NCBI RefSeq assembly: GCF_009914755.1
Contig: NC_060928.1
Source of the DNA: the human T2T-CHM13v2.0 reference genome, Homo sapiens
DNA length: 64,000 bases
Strand: one strand, 5' to 3'
The notes beneath the pieces were generated by a model, which did not search any database, was not told the DNA's origin, and saw only the letters and a list, made by a program, of their open reading frames with translations. Positions 26,564 to 40,356 of this stretch are shown one piece after another. Position numbers and translations under genes: made by a program. Position 1 is the stretch's first letter; each line of letters opens with the position of its first letter.

Positions 26564-26606
<43 letters not shown>
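26564..26606. repeat. (TG)n microsatellite
   Basis: About 21 uninterrupted TG units. Confidence 0.95.
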
Positions 26607-26607
<1 letters not shown>

Positions 26608-29600
26608 GTGGAGGTGGTGATGACATATTTCTTGGCCACATTTAGACAGCTCAGCTCTGCTGTCAGCAAAGAGTAAGGCTGAAGGAGAGTATGAATACAT
26701 AGAGATTTAGCTTCCTAGAAATAACTCGGGGGTTCTGATCATACCTTTCACATATGATTTCATCATTTTCTTTAATATGCCCTTTCTTGTGCCAGGCACT
26801 ACATTAGCTATTTCATTGGCATTTCTTGTATTTTTTCATTTAATTATCACAACTATAGGGTAGTTACTAACTTGCATTTTCAGCTGAGTAAACTGAGGCA
26901 TGAAGTGTCGTTGGTTTCTCTAAATCACACAATTAGTCAGAGACAAAGCAAGATTTCAGTTCAATTCTAACTCCAAAGTATATGTTCATTTCAGCATATC
27001 CTTAAGACTTATTGCAAAAGGAATATTGTTTTTTAGATAAAAGAAAAAGATTATATAGGTATTCATGAAGGACACAGACACATAAGCTCTGGTTCCTTAT
27101 TTATACACACTTATTTGCATTTTTCAAACAGGGCTAGTTATTTATATTTAACTTCTCCCACTGGAGAAAAAAATCACATTTTGCCTTTTGTGCCAAGCTG
27201 CAGCGTCGGCTCATTTCATTACATTTTTGTCTTCTCAGAAAGACACTATGCAACTGGAATTTCATCTGTATCAATAGTCTGTTGCCAACTGTCGGAGATT
27301 GCTGACAGTAGATCAATTTTAATTTACAGCTGATCTTGAAAGGCCATCTAAATAGTGGTAATTAAGAAGCAAAATATGGGACTGGAAATGCAGCAAAATG
27401 TGGATAGTTTTAAACTAATGAACTGCTCCAAGCCCTTTCTCTACCAAGCCAAGATGTTCTGTGTGAAGTTTCTCTGCAGTATATATAATTATTTTTGTAG
27501 AGTTAAGGAAAATCATTAAGATACCAGTGCCAGATAAAACTATGCCTAAAATGCTATCCTTTATATTCTCCGCTTCCTTTTCATAATACTCCTCTCCCTT
27601 GTACCCCTTTCACTACTTGTATTCCCCATAGATGTAATCACATAGACTAGAGCCTCTGCCCACCACATTTGCCAGTGTACTCCCACATATAAAAGTCATC
27701 TGGGTTTATGGCTGGCACTTAATACCTATTCGTTTAAATCACTGAGTGACAAAATAACTAAAGGGAGAGACCCTTATTTACATTTGTAAAGGGATCTACC
27801 CATTCAGGGATGCATCGCTCAGTTTTTAAATGAAGCAGCAGTATTGAAATCATGTATGAGAATATTATGCCAGACTATACAACTCCCAGCATTTCAACCC
27901 CGGTTTTTGTAGCTAGCATGTGTATTGGTTCTTACTAACTCTAAACCTTGGGATGACCTGTACAGTCTGTCTCCACTCTGTCTGAATCTTCGACTCTACC
28001 CTCTTTTCTTCATTTTCTTGAGGCTTAACCCCTGATTAGTATTTATACTGGGTTTCCAAAAGAGAAAGATCTCTATTTTCACCATCTTGTAACTATCTCA
28101 ATATACATCACCATTAGGCACTCAGTAAATCTTTCTTTTAATGGAAGTTCTGCCTTTCTCATGACAGACAGTGAAATGTTCTAGGACAGAGCCTTAGGGT
28201 TCAAATTCTAACTGCTTTTATCTTTTTTTTTCCTGTTGCACTTCTCAACAATATATGAGGGAAGCTGTTTTGAAGTCATTCTTGCAGAAGAGCAGACTGA
28301 AGGGCAAGGGGTTGTAAATAGTTTCGAGTCTCACTTTTGGAGAGAATGTGACAACAGGAAATAAAACTGTAACCTTCTTGCACATAATGAAATTCAGTGC
28401 ATACCCACGCCTATCACAGTACCAGACATGTTATAGGAAATTAATGATAATGACCTTTATTTTTATGGTGTTATTTTCCTTAAGTAAATATGTCCATAAA
28501 TAAGGTCATCCTAGTAGCCACTTTGTGGCCAGCAAACACTGAGCATGAGCCTTAAGTATCTCATCTATTTTGATGACAAAATATCTTTGCTCTTAGCCTC
28601 TTCATCTAAATATATAGCAAGATCTATCTTTTGTCTTGCTCTAAATACAAGTCATGTATATGTTTCTTAAATCTCATAATAGGTATGGCTTCTCTAGTCA
28701 ACTTAGCATCGTTTGCGTGTATCGCTATTACTTTTCCCAACCAACACTTGCCATCTTGATAAAATACACTCACTCCTCATGCCAGCTCACATTCCCAGAA
28801 TTAGCACACCAGGCCAGTAATGCTCAAAACGAGCACTTCTTCATCCTTCTACACCCCACCGCAATGCCTCCCTCTTCAGCTAAACTTGACTATTTTCCAT
28901 CATGAGATATGCTTTCTTTTGTTTCTTATTTCATAGAATCACTCATTTACATCTCTCTTGTAATACCTAACTAACTCTGTTATTTGCATACAAAGTTATT
29001 CTAATCATTAACAGGAAAATCTTTAAGGACAGGAGTCATGTTATATTATTCTGAATTTTTAATGCTAACACGTTGCTGGGTATAGATTCAAATGCTATAA
29101 ATATTTTAAGTGAATGAATGATCTATAAGAAAATGGAGTATTGGATGTACAGTGTGTTCTATGAAACATTTCCATTTTTCAGTCTTGGCTTGGAAAAATG
29201 TTGGTTTCATGTAAGTAGATTTAGTCCCAATTATTTTTAATTCTTATATATAGTTATTCAATTAATTCAATACTATATCTTGTAGCTCTCTTACGTGACC
29301 TATTTCATTTTCCTTTTTATTTGTATAACTTTACATTCACAATGTAAATTTTAAAAAGGTATTAGAACTTGGATAAAAATCTTAATAATTTAAAAGTGAA
29401 CTATTCCTCCCTCCACACCACCACCCTATGTGACCTGAAGAGCAAACAAAATGGAGTGAAACACCAAGTTATTTTTCCCCAAGATGCCTCTCTGGCATTG
29501 AAATGTTTTGAATTATTTATAATGTTTACTCAGAAGGAAAAAGACGTAGGATTTCAGTTCTTATAATGAGTAGAACAAAGTGCAAAGATCAAATAAAGTC

Positions 29601-30362
29601 AAAGAAAAAATTCAATAAATAATAAAAGAGTCATGTAAATTAGCATTTGTTTTTGGAAGGTTTTGCATTGTAAAGTCATAGATCATGTTTACAGAAGCCT
29701 TAGGAATGAATAAAAATCTTCTCATTGACTGCACATTACCTCATTTTCCTTTATTATAGTTACATGAACCAGTCAATACCTCGAAGTATTTGGAACATCA
29801 CCTTCTCCAAGGTGGACTTAAGAATATTTTGCTGGAAATCAGAGTCTACTCACCTAAATAAGATGAATAAATATGTTTAGGCCAAATACCAAAGGTTACT
29901 TATACCTGAATTTAAGCTATACATAGAACATATAGCAGAAAGCATCATTATAAACCAGGTCTGGGACACTCATTTTGATAAATAAACTATCAAGTCAGAT
30001 ATCTAGAAACAACAGGAGCCAGAAAAATGATTACTCTCTCTCTACTGTCAAAAATAATGGTAAACAAAGTGTATGGTCATCTGGTACCAACCTATATTTT
30101 AGAATGTTTTAGAAAGTGCCAACACCCTGGAAAATGTCCAGTCACTGCATGAGCACCCAGGGGCAAGAAATGCATTATTTCTAAGCAGGAGATAATATTG
30201 TCTTGTCCCTTAACTTAAAAAGAAGCTTCTTTATGTTAAGGTAAAACCACGAAATGTGGTGGAGAGAATATGCAATCGAAAAAATCACAGAAATGGAAGT
30301 GGTGGTTTGGCTTGGCAATGTCCTGTTTGCATAATCTCAGACATAGCATGTAATGCTTTAAA

Positions 30363-30365
30363 TAA

Positions 30366-30410
<45 letters not shown>

Positions 30411-30420
30411 CACATATATA
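30363..30420. repeat. (TA)/(CA) microsatellite occupying the Alu tail position
   Basis: Lies between the Alu 3' end and its TSD aatgctttaaa. Confidence 0.9.
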
Positions 30421-30712
<292 letters not shown>

Positions 30713-32142
30713 TAAACATTTAATGCTCTTTATATAATTTAAATCCGTTCATTTATAAAACCCCAAATTTTTGAACTTATAAAATTCCATCTGCTCTTCC
30801 TACCTTAACAAAACTCAAATGCGATAATATATACAAAAGTATAACTTGTCCTATATGTTATTGCTTATATGTTATTACCATCACTAATATTTTTTATCTT
30901 TAAGAGTATAACTACCATTTATAGTTATAGTCCCATTTAGACTATAACTATATACCATTTGGATCTATAGAAGAAAATTCTGTTTATCTAACACTTCAGT
31001 AAAAATTGAACTTGAATTACATTATTGGAATCTCCAAGAAAACAAAGAAAGCAGATGAGGAGAAAAAATAAAACAAAAGGAAGCACTAGAAGAAAACTAG
31101 ACACAACAAGTAGACATGAAGAAAGAATGCTCTATTTGACTGTAGTATTAATATGAAGAAAACAAAATGAAAGTTTAAAATAATCAGAGAGGGAGGCAAA
31201 CATAGCAATACAGAAAAAAAATAATGCATTTTATTTCTAGTTAGGTTTATCTGGGGTGAGTACACTTTGAAGTAGTTGGCACACCCTGGATGATTTGAAG
31301 CATAATCTCCACAAAAGTTACATGTTTAATCATCTGCAGGAAGAAAGTGCAGATAGGATTTAGTGATTCATAACCCTGCATTCTCCATTTTTAATTTGCT
31401 GATGAAAAAAATTGAGAGGAATATTTAATGATGTGGTACATATTTTAATATATACGTGTGTGTTGATCTGAAGCCACATCTTTGACATAATGTCATTTTC
31501 CAGTTTTAATCCATGGGGATCCTCTAAGGTATTTCTGGAGGAATTTCTTACCTTAAAAGATAATATTTTCTGGAATGAAATAAATTTGTCTGCCTGCCCA
31601 CTGAGAAAGATACTACTGATCGGTGATGGCTCTTCACCCATCTGGGAAATTCACAGTGATTTTAATGTCTGAGTGTCTGAGTGTGATGTTTCCAAGGATC
31701 AAATCCAAGATAAAATATTGAATATATGAGGTCTTTGCATACCCTCAGTATTTCGTATGTATCATAGCATCCCATCTCCCTATACCTAGACAGAAAAAGT
31801 TACTCTTGCAGAAATGCTAATTTCTTATGCATAAAATTTTTAGTAACAGTGATAATTATAGGCATGTGAATAAAAATTAGCTATATGGTTCACAAATTAA
31901 GATGAATGAAATAATAGCCAGAAAGTCTCCCATTCTCAAACTATCTATCAAGTATCGAGAAAAAATCCAGATTTATTTTCTCTTAAGGCATTGTCCACTC
32001 TGTTAAAAACTATCTACTCTAGAGACAACCTTTTTCAGACAGAACATATATAATATCTTTCCTAATTAAACATAGCATGTATGGAACACAGAATGGTGTC
32101 CAAGACATGGAGAAGGGGGATGGGTAGATGACTGGTTCAGTG

Positions 32143-32180
32143 ATTACAAATATTGGGGATTATTACAAATATTGGGGATT
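32143..32180. repeat. Perfect 19-bp tandem duplication
   Basis: attacaaatattggggatt x2. Confidence 0.95.
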
Positions 32181-33043
32181 TATCCCAGCTCAATTATTCA
32201 TATTTATTAACCTATGTCTCTGAGACTGTTTATACATTCTATAAATCTCAGAAAAGGTAACACTAATTTGTATACTGCCCAGTGGCCTATTATTAGAAAT
32301 AAAAGACATTGTCTGTAGAATAAATGTGTAAATCGCAGATGCCTACTCAAATACTGGTTATTGTTTTTAAAATCAGTATGGAGGTGTTGACGGGGAGCAG
32401 GCAAAATCTGTAGATTGTGACTGCCTTCAGGAACTACTGCTGCATACCATTTGTCTTATTTTTTGGCTGGTCTGTGGGAGCCTTGAGGATGGGGACCACA
32501 TCTCAATTCTTTCAAATGTCCATTGAAGTTAGTAGAACACTCAACACTGTGTGTGTGCTGTATAAGAAACTATATAACACTTCAGGTTAAAATAACAGGA
32601 ATAACCTGCTAATGAACATTACTCTTTTCTCAAAAAAGAGGCAAGCATTAAGCTAGAAGGTCATTTCTAGCTTAAAACATCTATAAAAATGATACCACAG
32701 TTGAGAGGGCACATTATTCCACCCTTAGAGACAGATTTCCTCCAGATGACAGGGCATTTGGGGCAATACAAAGAGCTTAATCCACCCTCTGAAACCCTAA
32801 GAGTCTAACTTGGATACATGTGGGCTTCAGATGAATGTATTTAACTCCATTTAGGGGTAGTCTTCATAGATCAGAAGTGAAATCAATGAAACACTAAATA
32901 AGAGATTAAATATGAAAATTCAATCAAATTTGATTGCATAACTCAATAAAATGTTAAAACTGAGCAGGTAACCAAAGTAAATCAGTAGATCTCTGTTGGA
33001 CATGTTCAGCCATAATAGGCAATAAACATAATGGCCACTTATT

Positions 33044-33694
33044 TTTTCTTTTGTTTCATTTTAAAGAGGGAGTCTCACTCTGCCACCCAGGCTGGAGTGC
33101 AGTGATATAATCCTAGCTCACTGCAGCCCCAGACTCGAGCGGGTCTCAGCTTCCTAGTAGCTGGAACTACTTGTGCCTGTCACCGCATGCAGCTAATTTA
33201 TTTTTTTCTTTTGTGTACATACAGAATCTTGATTTGTAGCCCAGTCTGGTCTCAAACTCCTGGCTTCAAGTGATTCTCTCATCTCGGTCTACCAAAGTCC
33301 TGGGATTACATGTATGTATTAGTTCATTCTCATGCTGCAAATAAATACATACCCAAGACTGGATAATTTATAAAGGAAAGAGTTTTAATGGACTCACAGT
33401 TCCACATGGCTGGGAAGGCCTCACAATCATGGCGGAAGGCAAAAGAAGAGCAAAGGGACTTCTAACATGGCAGCAGACAAGGGAACTTGTGCAGGAGAAC
33501 TCCCATTTATAAAGCCACCAGATCTCATGAGACTTATTCACCCTACCACTGAACAGTATGGGGAAACCACCCTCATGATTCAGTTATCTCCACATGGCCC
33601 TGCCCTTGACATGTGGGGATTATGACAATTCAAGTTGAGATTTGGGTGGGGACGCAGCCAAACCATATCAAGGTGTGAGCCACCATGGCCAGGC
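33044..33694 (-). mobile_element. AluJ split by a THE1 LTR
   Basis: Alu reads to ...tgggattaca at 33310 and resumes aggtgtgagccacc at 33671; degenerate TSD aatggccacttatt / aatagacactcatt. Confidence 0.9.
33315..33670 (-). mobile_element. THE1C-like solo LTR
   Basis: tgtattagttcattctcatgctgc...gactcacagttccacatggctggg...gagatttgggtggggacgcagccaaaccatatca. Confidence 0.9.
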
Positions 33695-34324
33695 AATAGA
33701 CACTCATTGAGCATTTATTCTATGGCAGATATTCCACATATATTGTCTTTCTAAAAACAATCACACAAGAAAACTATAAATTAGATATTTCTCTTCCGAA
33801 ATTACAGCTTTTGCAGGTGGAACTCAGAGAGTCTGAGTGACTTGACCAAGGTCAGATAGATAATAGACCAGGATTTAAACTCATGTCTGACATGTCAACA
33901 TTTCTTGCTCTCTCACATTGGCAAATGGGTCAAATATATCATCAATTCCCATCCATTTTCCAATGTCCACATTCATATATTCATTTTCTTTCTAAAATGA
34001 GGAGTCACAGTTTGATGGCTTATAATATGGACCCTGAAACCAGATTGCCTGAATTGTATGATATCTCCACCAATTAATATCTGCTATGACCTAGTGCAAA
34101 CTTCTTACTGTCTTTTTTGACAATTCCTCCTTTATTAAATAAAATAATAAGTATCAGCCTTATAGGGCTATTTTGGTAATTAAAGAAGTTGCTATATTAC
34201 ACACACACAAACACACAGACACAGAAAACATGCGCTATGTTATTTAAATTTCAGAAAGTTTTAATTACATGGGAACAAAGAGATCATCTCAGCTCTGCAA
34301 TCACATATTTTGCTGAAGAGAACT

Positions 34325-34470
34325 TTTTTTTTTTTTTTTTGAGGCAGGGTCTCACTTTCTTGCCCAGGCTGGAGTGCAGTGGTGCAATCACAGCTCACTG
34401 GAGCCTTGGCAACTGGACTCAAGTGATCCACTTCAGCCTCCTGAGTAGCTGAGAGTACAGGAGTGTGCCA
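34325..34470 (-). mobile_element. Alu right-arm/FRAM-like fragment
   Basis: Poly-T then gaggcagggtctcac...ggagtgcagtggtgcaatcacagctcactg. Confidence 0.85.
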
Positions 34471-35004
34471 GAAAATTGAAGGTTTAAAATCCAAGTGATA
34501 ACTAGCTTGCCTGTGATTGTACATAATGTGTATTAGACATCAAGTCTAAGTTCTTGTTCCATGAGACCCTCTTCCCTATCTTAATTCTATACATCTGTCT
34601 CTGAGGGTTTAAGTCTCATCCCAACAAATACGTTAACTGAAAAGTGATTGTGAATGTTTGGAGAACAGAATGATAGCATTTCTCAGTTGACACCATATAT
34701 AGGACATCTTCAATTTAAATTTTAACAGTTTGGCAAAAAGTGAAAAAAGTGCAGACTTTAAGTATCAAAGAACCTGAGATTGAGTTCAGATACTGCCAGG
34801 AATTTACTATGTGAAATTGAAGAAATTATGTCTAAGCTTCTTCAACTTATTAATAATAATATCTCTACAAACCATTATTACTTTTAGCTTCATTGTATAA
34901 AGGAAAACACAAAGATAAGGAGTTGGCAAATGTCAAACAGCCAGGAAGTGATAGAATGAGTGTACAAAGCCTGGTGGCCCTACATACTCCAGGACCAATT
35001 CGTT

Positions 35005-35395
35005 TTTTGTTTCTTTCATTTTGTTTGTAATTATGGTAAAATATATAAAGAATAAAATTGGCCATTTTAACCATTTTAAATGCACATTTCAGTGGCATTA
35101 ATTACATTCAAAATGTTGTACAACAATTATTACTATTTCCAAAACATTTTCATCACCCAAACATAACTCGTTAAGCAATAAATCACCATTTTTCCCCAGC
35201 CCATGGTAATCTCTAACCTATTTTCCATCTATGAATTAGCCCATTCTAGCATTCCATCTAAGTGTAATCACATAATATTTGTCCTTTCGTGTCTGGCTTA
35301 TTTCACTTAGTGCAACGTTTTCAAGGCTTGTTCATGTTGTAGCATGTACCAGGGCTCTGTCTCCTTTTTATGGTTGTACAATATTCATTGTGTGA
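35005..35395 (-). mobile_element. L1MB-type 3' end
   Basis: ggtaaaatatataa...ttaaccattttaaatgcacatttcagtggcattaattacattc...tctggcttatttcacttagtgcaacgttttcaagg. Confidence 0.85.
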
Positions 35396-35768
35396 TTAGT
35401 TACAGCTGCATTCTGAACCACAACAGAAAACTATAGTATATCATGTAAGGAGGTAATAATAGTTCTTAACTTTCAAGAAAGTTATAAAAGTTAAATAAGC
35501 TAGTGTAAGTAAAAAATATTCACAAAGCACAATATACATTTTAAATATTATTGTTTTTTCAAAGTCTATTCTTAAATTAAGACTTTTTTCCATCATAATA
35601 TAGAAAAATACATCTGTCACTAATGGGAGATAAGACCTTGAATCGCAATATTTTAGGTAATCATTTTTTTCATCCTTAACAGAGGGTAGAGGATAGTATT
35701 TGAGGGGGAAATCTGCTCGTTTTTCAAGAAATAGTCTAGTTTAAATCCTTAATCTTCTGGTAAATAAT

Positions 35769-36157
<389 letters not shown>

Positions 36158-38499
36158 TGATCTTTAAAGCACCATCATCAGTTTTAACGTTGGGTTGCTT
36201 CATCTAAGGGATGACTAAGATGAACCATGTACATATTAATGTCTATAGACTAACTTTTAGAAAGGAAATATTAATTATTTTGGAAATGGGTCCTATATCA
36301 TACCACTTCTTGGAGAACATTGGGATAATTATCAGTACTCTTTTGAGAAAGAAGTGATTTTGGATTATTCCCAAATTGGGACTGCTGAGAATATCTGCAG
36401 CTTATGGCAATTAACTTAATTGAAGCACTTTAAGTACATTAATTAATTAATCTTCAAATTCCCCCTATAGAATGGAACATTAAGGAGGAAATCAATTTAT
36501 CAACAAAAATTAAGAGATTATATGACTTGTTCAAGGCCATGCAGTAAGTCATGGTCCAGATTTGACTGGGAAGGCAGGGCTTCTAAAGTCCAAACTTAGC
36601 CATTAAGGATCTGTACAAAATAAGACTTTATTAATATTTCTGATAGAGGCTTCAACTACTTCATTGATGGTCTTGAGGCCTGTAACACTCACTTCTGAGT
36701 GCTTTTCTTGAATTTTATTTTCTACAGATGTCAGTATTTTCTTCCTTCCTTCGCTCTTGTAGAGCCACAGGTTTCCACTGGTTAGGCTATCAGTTGGTGA
36801 GAGTATGCAGGTGAAAAAAATCACTGCTTGGCTCCTACCCTTGGGAAGCTTACATTATAAGGAAAAAGACAATTCAAATAGAACATCATCACTGCTAAAC
36901 GGAGATCGGTATGTAGAGGTTGACACACCAGGAAGAAAATTGCCTTTCAAAATAAGTACTGATCAATAACTTCTATTGAGTTGCCAGTCACATGTGGCAC
37001 ATTCAGATTTAAGAAACTATGCCCTTGTATCAAATTAGCTCTATTCCTGGACTAAGTGTCCTCAATTATCTTGCCTTAGTTGCTTCATATATCTCCAACT
37101 TTTATCTTATGAAAGAGCTTCCTGGAAATTTCCATAAAAGTAAAATAAATGTATCACAACATGACTCACTAAAGCATTTCAAACTAGATCTGCCTATTTG
37201 GGAAGCCAGAATGTGAAGATTTATACACTATGATTATCATTATCATCATCATCATTTTAAAATCTTTACTAAGAAATCATAACGTTCCTGATATTGTATG
37301 CATGACCATTTCATGATGATGATTTTAGATGCTTCAAACGAAGTTATCTAGAAACAATATGGTAAAAGGACTTGCCACGGAGCTGAGGTTTTGACATTTT
37401 GGCTTTTGCATTGTTTCTCATACTCTGCCTGTTGTGCACACGTTTCCCCTGTGATTCATGAGGATCATTGCATGAACTCTGTTTAGCATCAAAGCCAATC
37501 AACCCAGGAATTTCACTGTTGCTATCATGCTTATGTCTTAATAACATTGGCATTGCATTTTGATTTTCTATATTGAGGAATCTTTTGACATATGAGAGTA
37601 TCCATATACTGTCAGACAAACTCTTGTGAGTTATTGGACTGAATGATGGAAACACTAGAAAGAGGCCTAGGGGCTTTAGTTAAGATCTTTGGAAAAACTG
37701 GCTTGAGGATTCAGAAGTTAACTTCACTTCTGAATATGCAAAGTGAGCAGAAATGTGACGCAAGAACAGGAGAAACCCAGACCATATTTACACCTAAGGG
37801 ACCACTGCCTAGCCAAATGTTAGAGGAACAGAAAAGAGCAGGATACTGGTGAACACAGAGGAAAGGACTTTGACAATAAGACCATGAGACAACCATCCTT
37901 GATCAAAGCTTGGCAGGCTTTAAAGTACACACCTGGGCAGGTGAAACTGGTGTGAAAGAATCAAAGCTCTTAAGAGGATCACCGAGCTCTCTGGGGAAAT
38001 GGAGATCTCTGCAAACTGAAGATGGCCACAGAGCTGCGTGTCTTTGGAGAACCTGGGTAAACCAGAGCTGATGGTCTGTGCTGGCCTATGGGGCTCTGCC
38101 TGCAGAAGGGCCCAGGGAAGTGAGTAGGAATCTTGGCTATTTCACAAATGCTGTCCCATGTGAGTCTCCTGGCAACACAAGGAGAGGAGTATGGTGGGGG
38201 ATCATGATCTCCTTTTTACTGAAGAAAAGAATGGCTCAGAGAGCTAAAAGGAGTGAAGTTACCCAGCAAGGCTGTTCCAGACACAACACTAAAATCTGAT
38301 CATCTTATTTTTAACCCAGGGCACTGTTTACCCCAAAAACAGTCCTCTCTCAAACCTTGTTCTCAATCATTCAGAATTATACCTCCCTTTTAGCATTTGT
38401 TATAACTCGAACTCAATTTTACCTGAGAAGTGGTGAGTTATTTCCAAGTCTCATACCATAACCATATTAGAACCTATAAAAATAATCATAATAATGATA

Positions 38500-38720
38500 A
38501 TAAATGACAATGATAATAATAGCAGTTAAAATCTCTTGTGTACCATGTACCAGGCCCTAAGTATTTTACATGTATAGAGATTATTTAACTTAATCACAAT
38601 AAGTGAGGAAATATATATTAGGATTATTTTCATTTCATAGATTGGGAGGCTGAGACTCATGCAGTATATTTTCATGTTCATGGACACAGTAAGAGATAGA
38701 CCTAAAGTTTTGAACCTAGA
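38500..38720 (-). mobile_element. MIR
   Basis: taataatagcagtta...taccatgtaccaggccctaag...ttatttaacttaatcacaa...catttcatagattgggaggctgagactca. Confidence 0.65.
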
Positions 38721-39124
38721 CTATTTTTGCATTAAAAGCAGGGATCAAACTGTACTTATTTTTGTTTTTTCAATGGTGTAAACCATGATTTGTTACTATA
38801 TACTACCTTTTATGTCTTTATGTGCTCATAAAAGCTTGTGTAAGTGAAGCATAGCTTGATACTTCAACAGCACTGAGTTAATTGGGGAGACCAAACTCTG
38901 TAAGTTGACAAACAGAGGTTTAATGTACAATCTGAGTAAATATCTGCCTATATCTGGGTGTGGAAAAGGTGAAGACGAGTGAAGAAGACATACAGAGGAG
39001 AAAGAGCATACATTAAGTACCTTCTACGCATTAGGCAGGTTGGTCTGGCAGCAGGGAGGGGCAGGGTGAAGCAGACAAAAAGAGAAGTTGCAGCCTTGAA
39101 CTACTTGACTCACTAAAGCATTAG

Positions 39125-39335
39125 TGGCTGGCTACTTGGCTTCATCTAAGGGATGAATGAGATAAACTATGCACATATTAATGTCTACAGACTAACACTG
39201 GCTGCACTGTGGTGATACGAGATGGTTGTACAAGTTAGAGCAAGGCTCCCACCAAAATATATCCTTACCTTCCCACAGGGACTGGGAAGCTGGAGTTATC
39301 CCCTTGAATGTTCCCTTTGGCTGGCTACTTGGCTT
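39125..39335 (+). other. Chimeric locally templated insertion flanked by an 18-bp direct repeat
   Basis: 39139-39196 matches 36197-36254; 39199-39313 matches 47576-47689; tggctggctacttggctt at 39125-39142 and 39318-39335. Confidence 0.9.
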
Positions 39336-40356
39336 AGTTCTTTTTCTTATTAGACAAGATATGTAACTTTTCTGTGCCTCATCCTTTTCATTTATGCAAT
39401 GAACATAACAATCAGTATCTCAGAATCATATGAAAATTAAATCAAGTAACATATGCACCAGCCTTTCAAATGCTCCACTATTTCTCTGTCCCAAGTCACA
39501 TCATCACCACATTCACGTGAGGCTTGTTTTATCTGATTTTTGTTGATTGATTTTTCGCAGACATCTGAAAGGCAGTTGTGACTATCTCTGTTGTAGGGAT
39601 GAAGTAAGTTAGCATTGTTAATTATACACACTGAGGGTCAGGAGCGGAAAAGAGTCCAGATTTGGCTGATTTCAAACCCCAAAGTCTTTCCATAATATGT
39701 TAAAATATACCCTCAGCAGAGCTTTCTAGGACTACTGTATAGAGCCTTTTAAGTAATCCAGAACTTACTGTCACCTCATCTTTAGTTTGGATTTCACTCT
39801 GCTACTCGTCAACTCTCTGTTTAAAGCCATTCAATAAGTAGGGCCAAAATTCCATGCCAACGCTTAGATGGACCTTTGTTAACAGTCCTTTACTTACATT
39901 TTTAGCTTCAATTTCAGCCTCTTTTCCATTTGCATATTAATTGCATAAACACCCAGTGACTTATTTTTTCCCAAATGCACTAGCTATATTTTTGTCTCTG
40001 TATTTTGGAAGAGAGTTTTTACTAAGCTTAGAATAGATTCACATTCACCTAGGCTGCTTGTACGCCTACATGTCCTAAAAAATTTAATTCAATATTTCTA
40101 AAATTTACCAATTCAAAAACACAAACATTAAGCAAAACAAATAAACAGACAAGAAAAAAAAAAAACAAGAAATCTTGTGAAAAACATATTTTTGGACCTG
40201 AACTAAGTAAATTTGAATCGGAACTTCCAGAAGAGGTACCTGTAAGACCTACTTTTTACAAGAACTTCAATCAATTTTAAGATCAGATAAGTTTTAGCAC
40301 TACTTAAATGAAACAAAGTGTATGCTGCACTACAGTTTTCTGTTTGAAGTCTCTCG

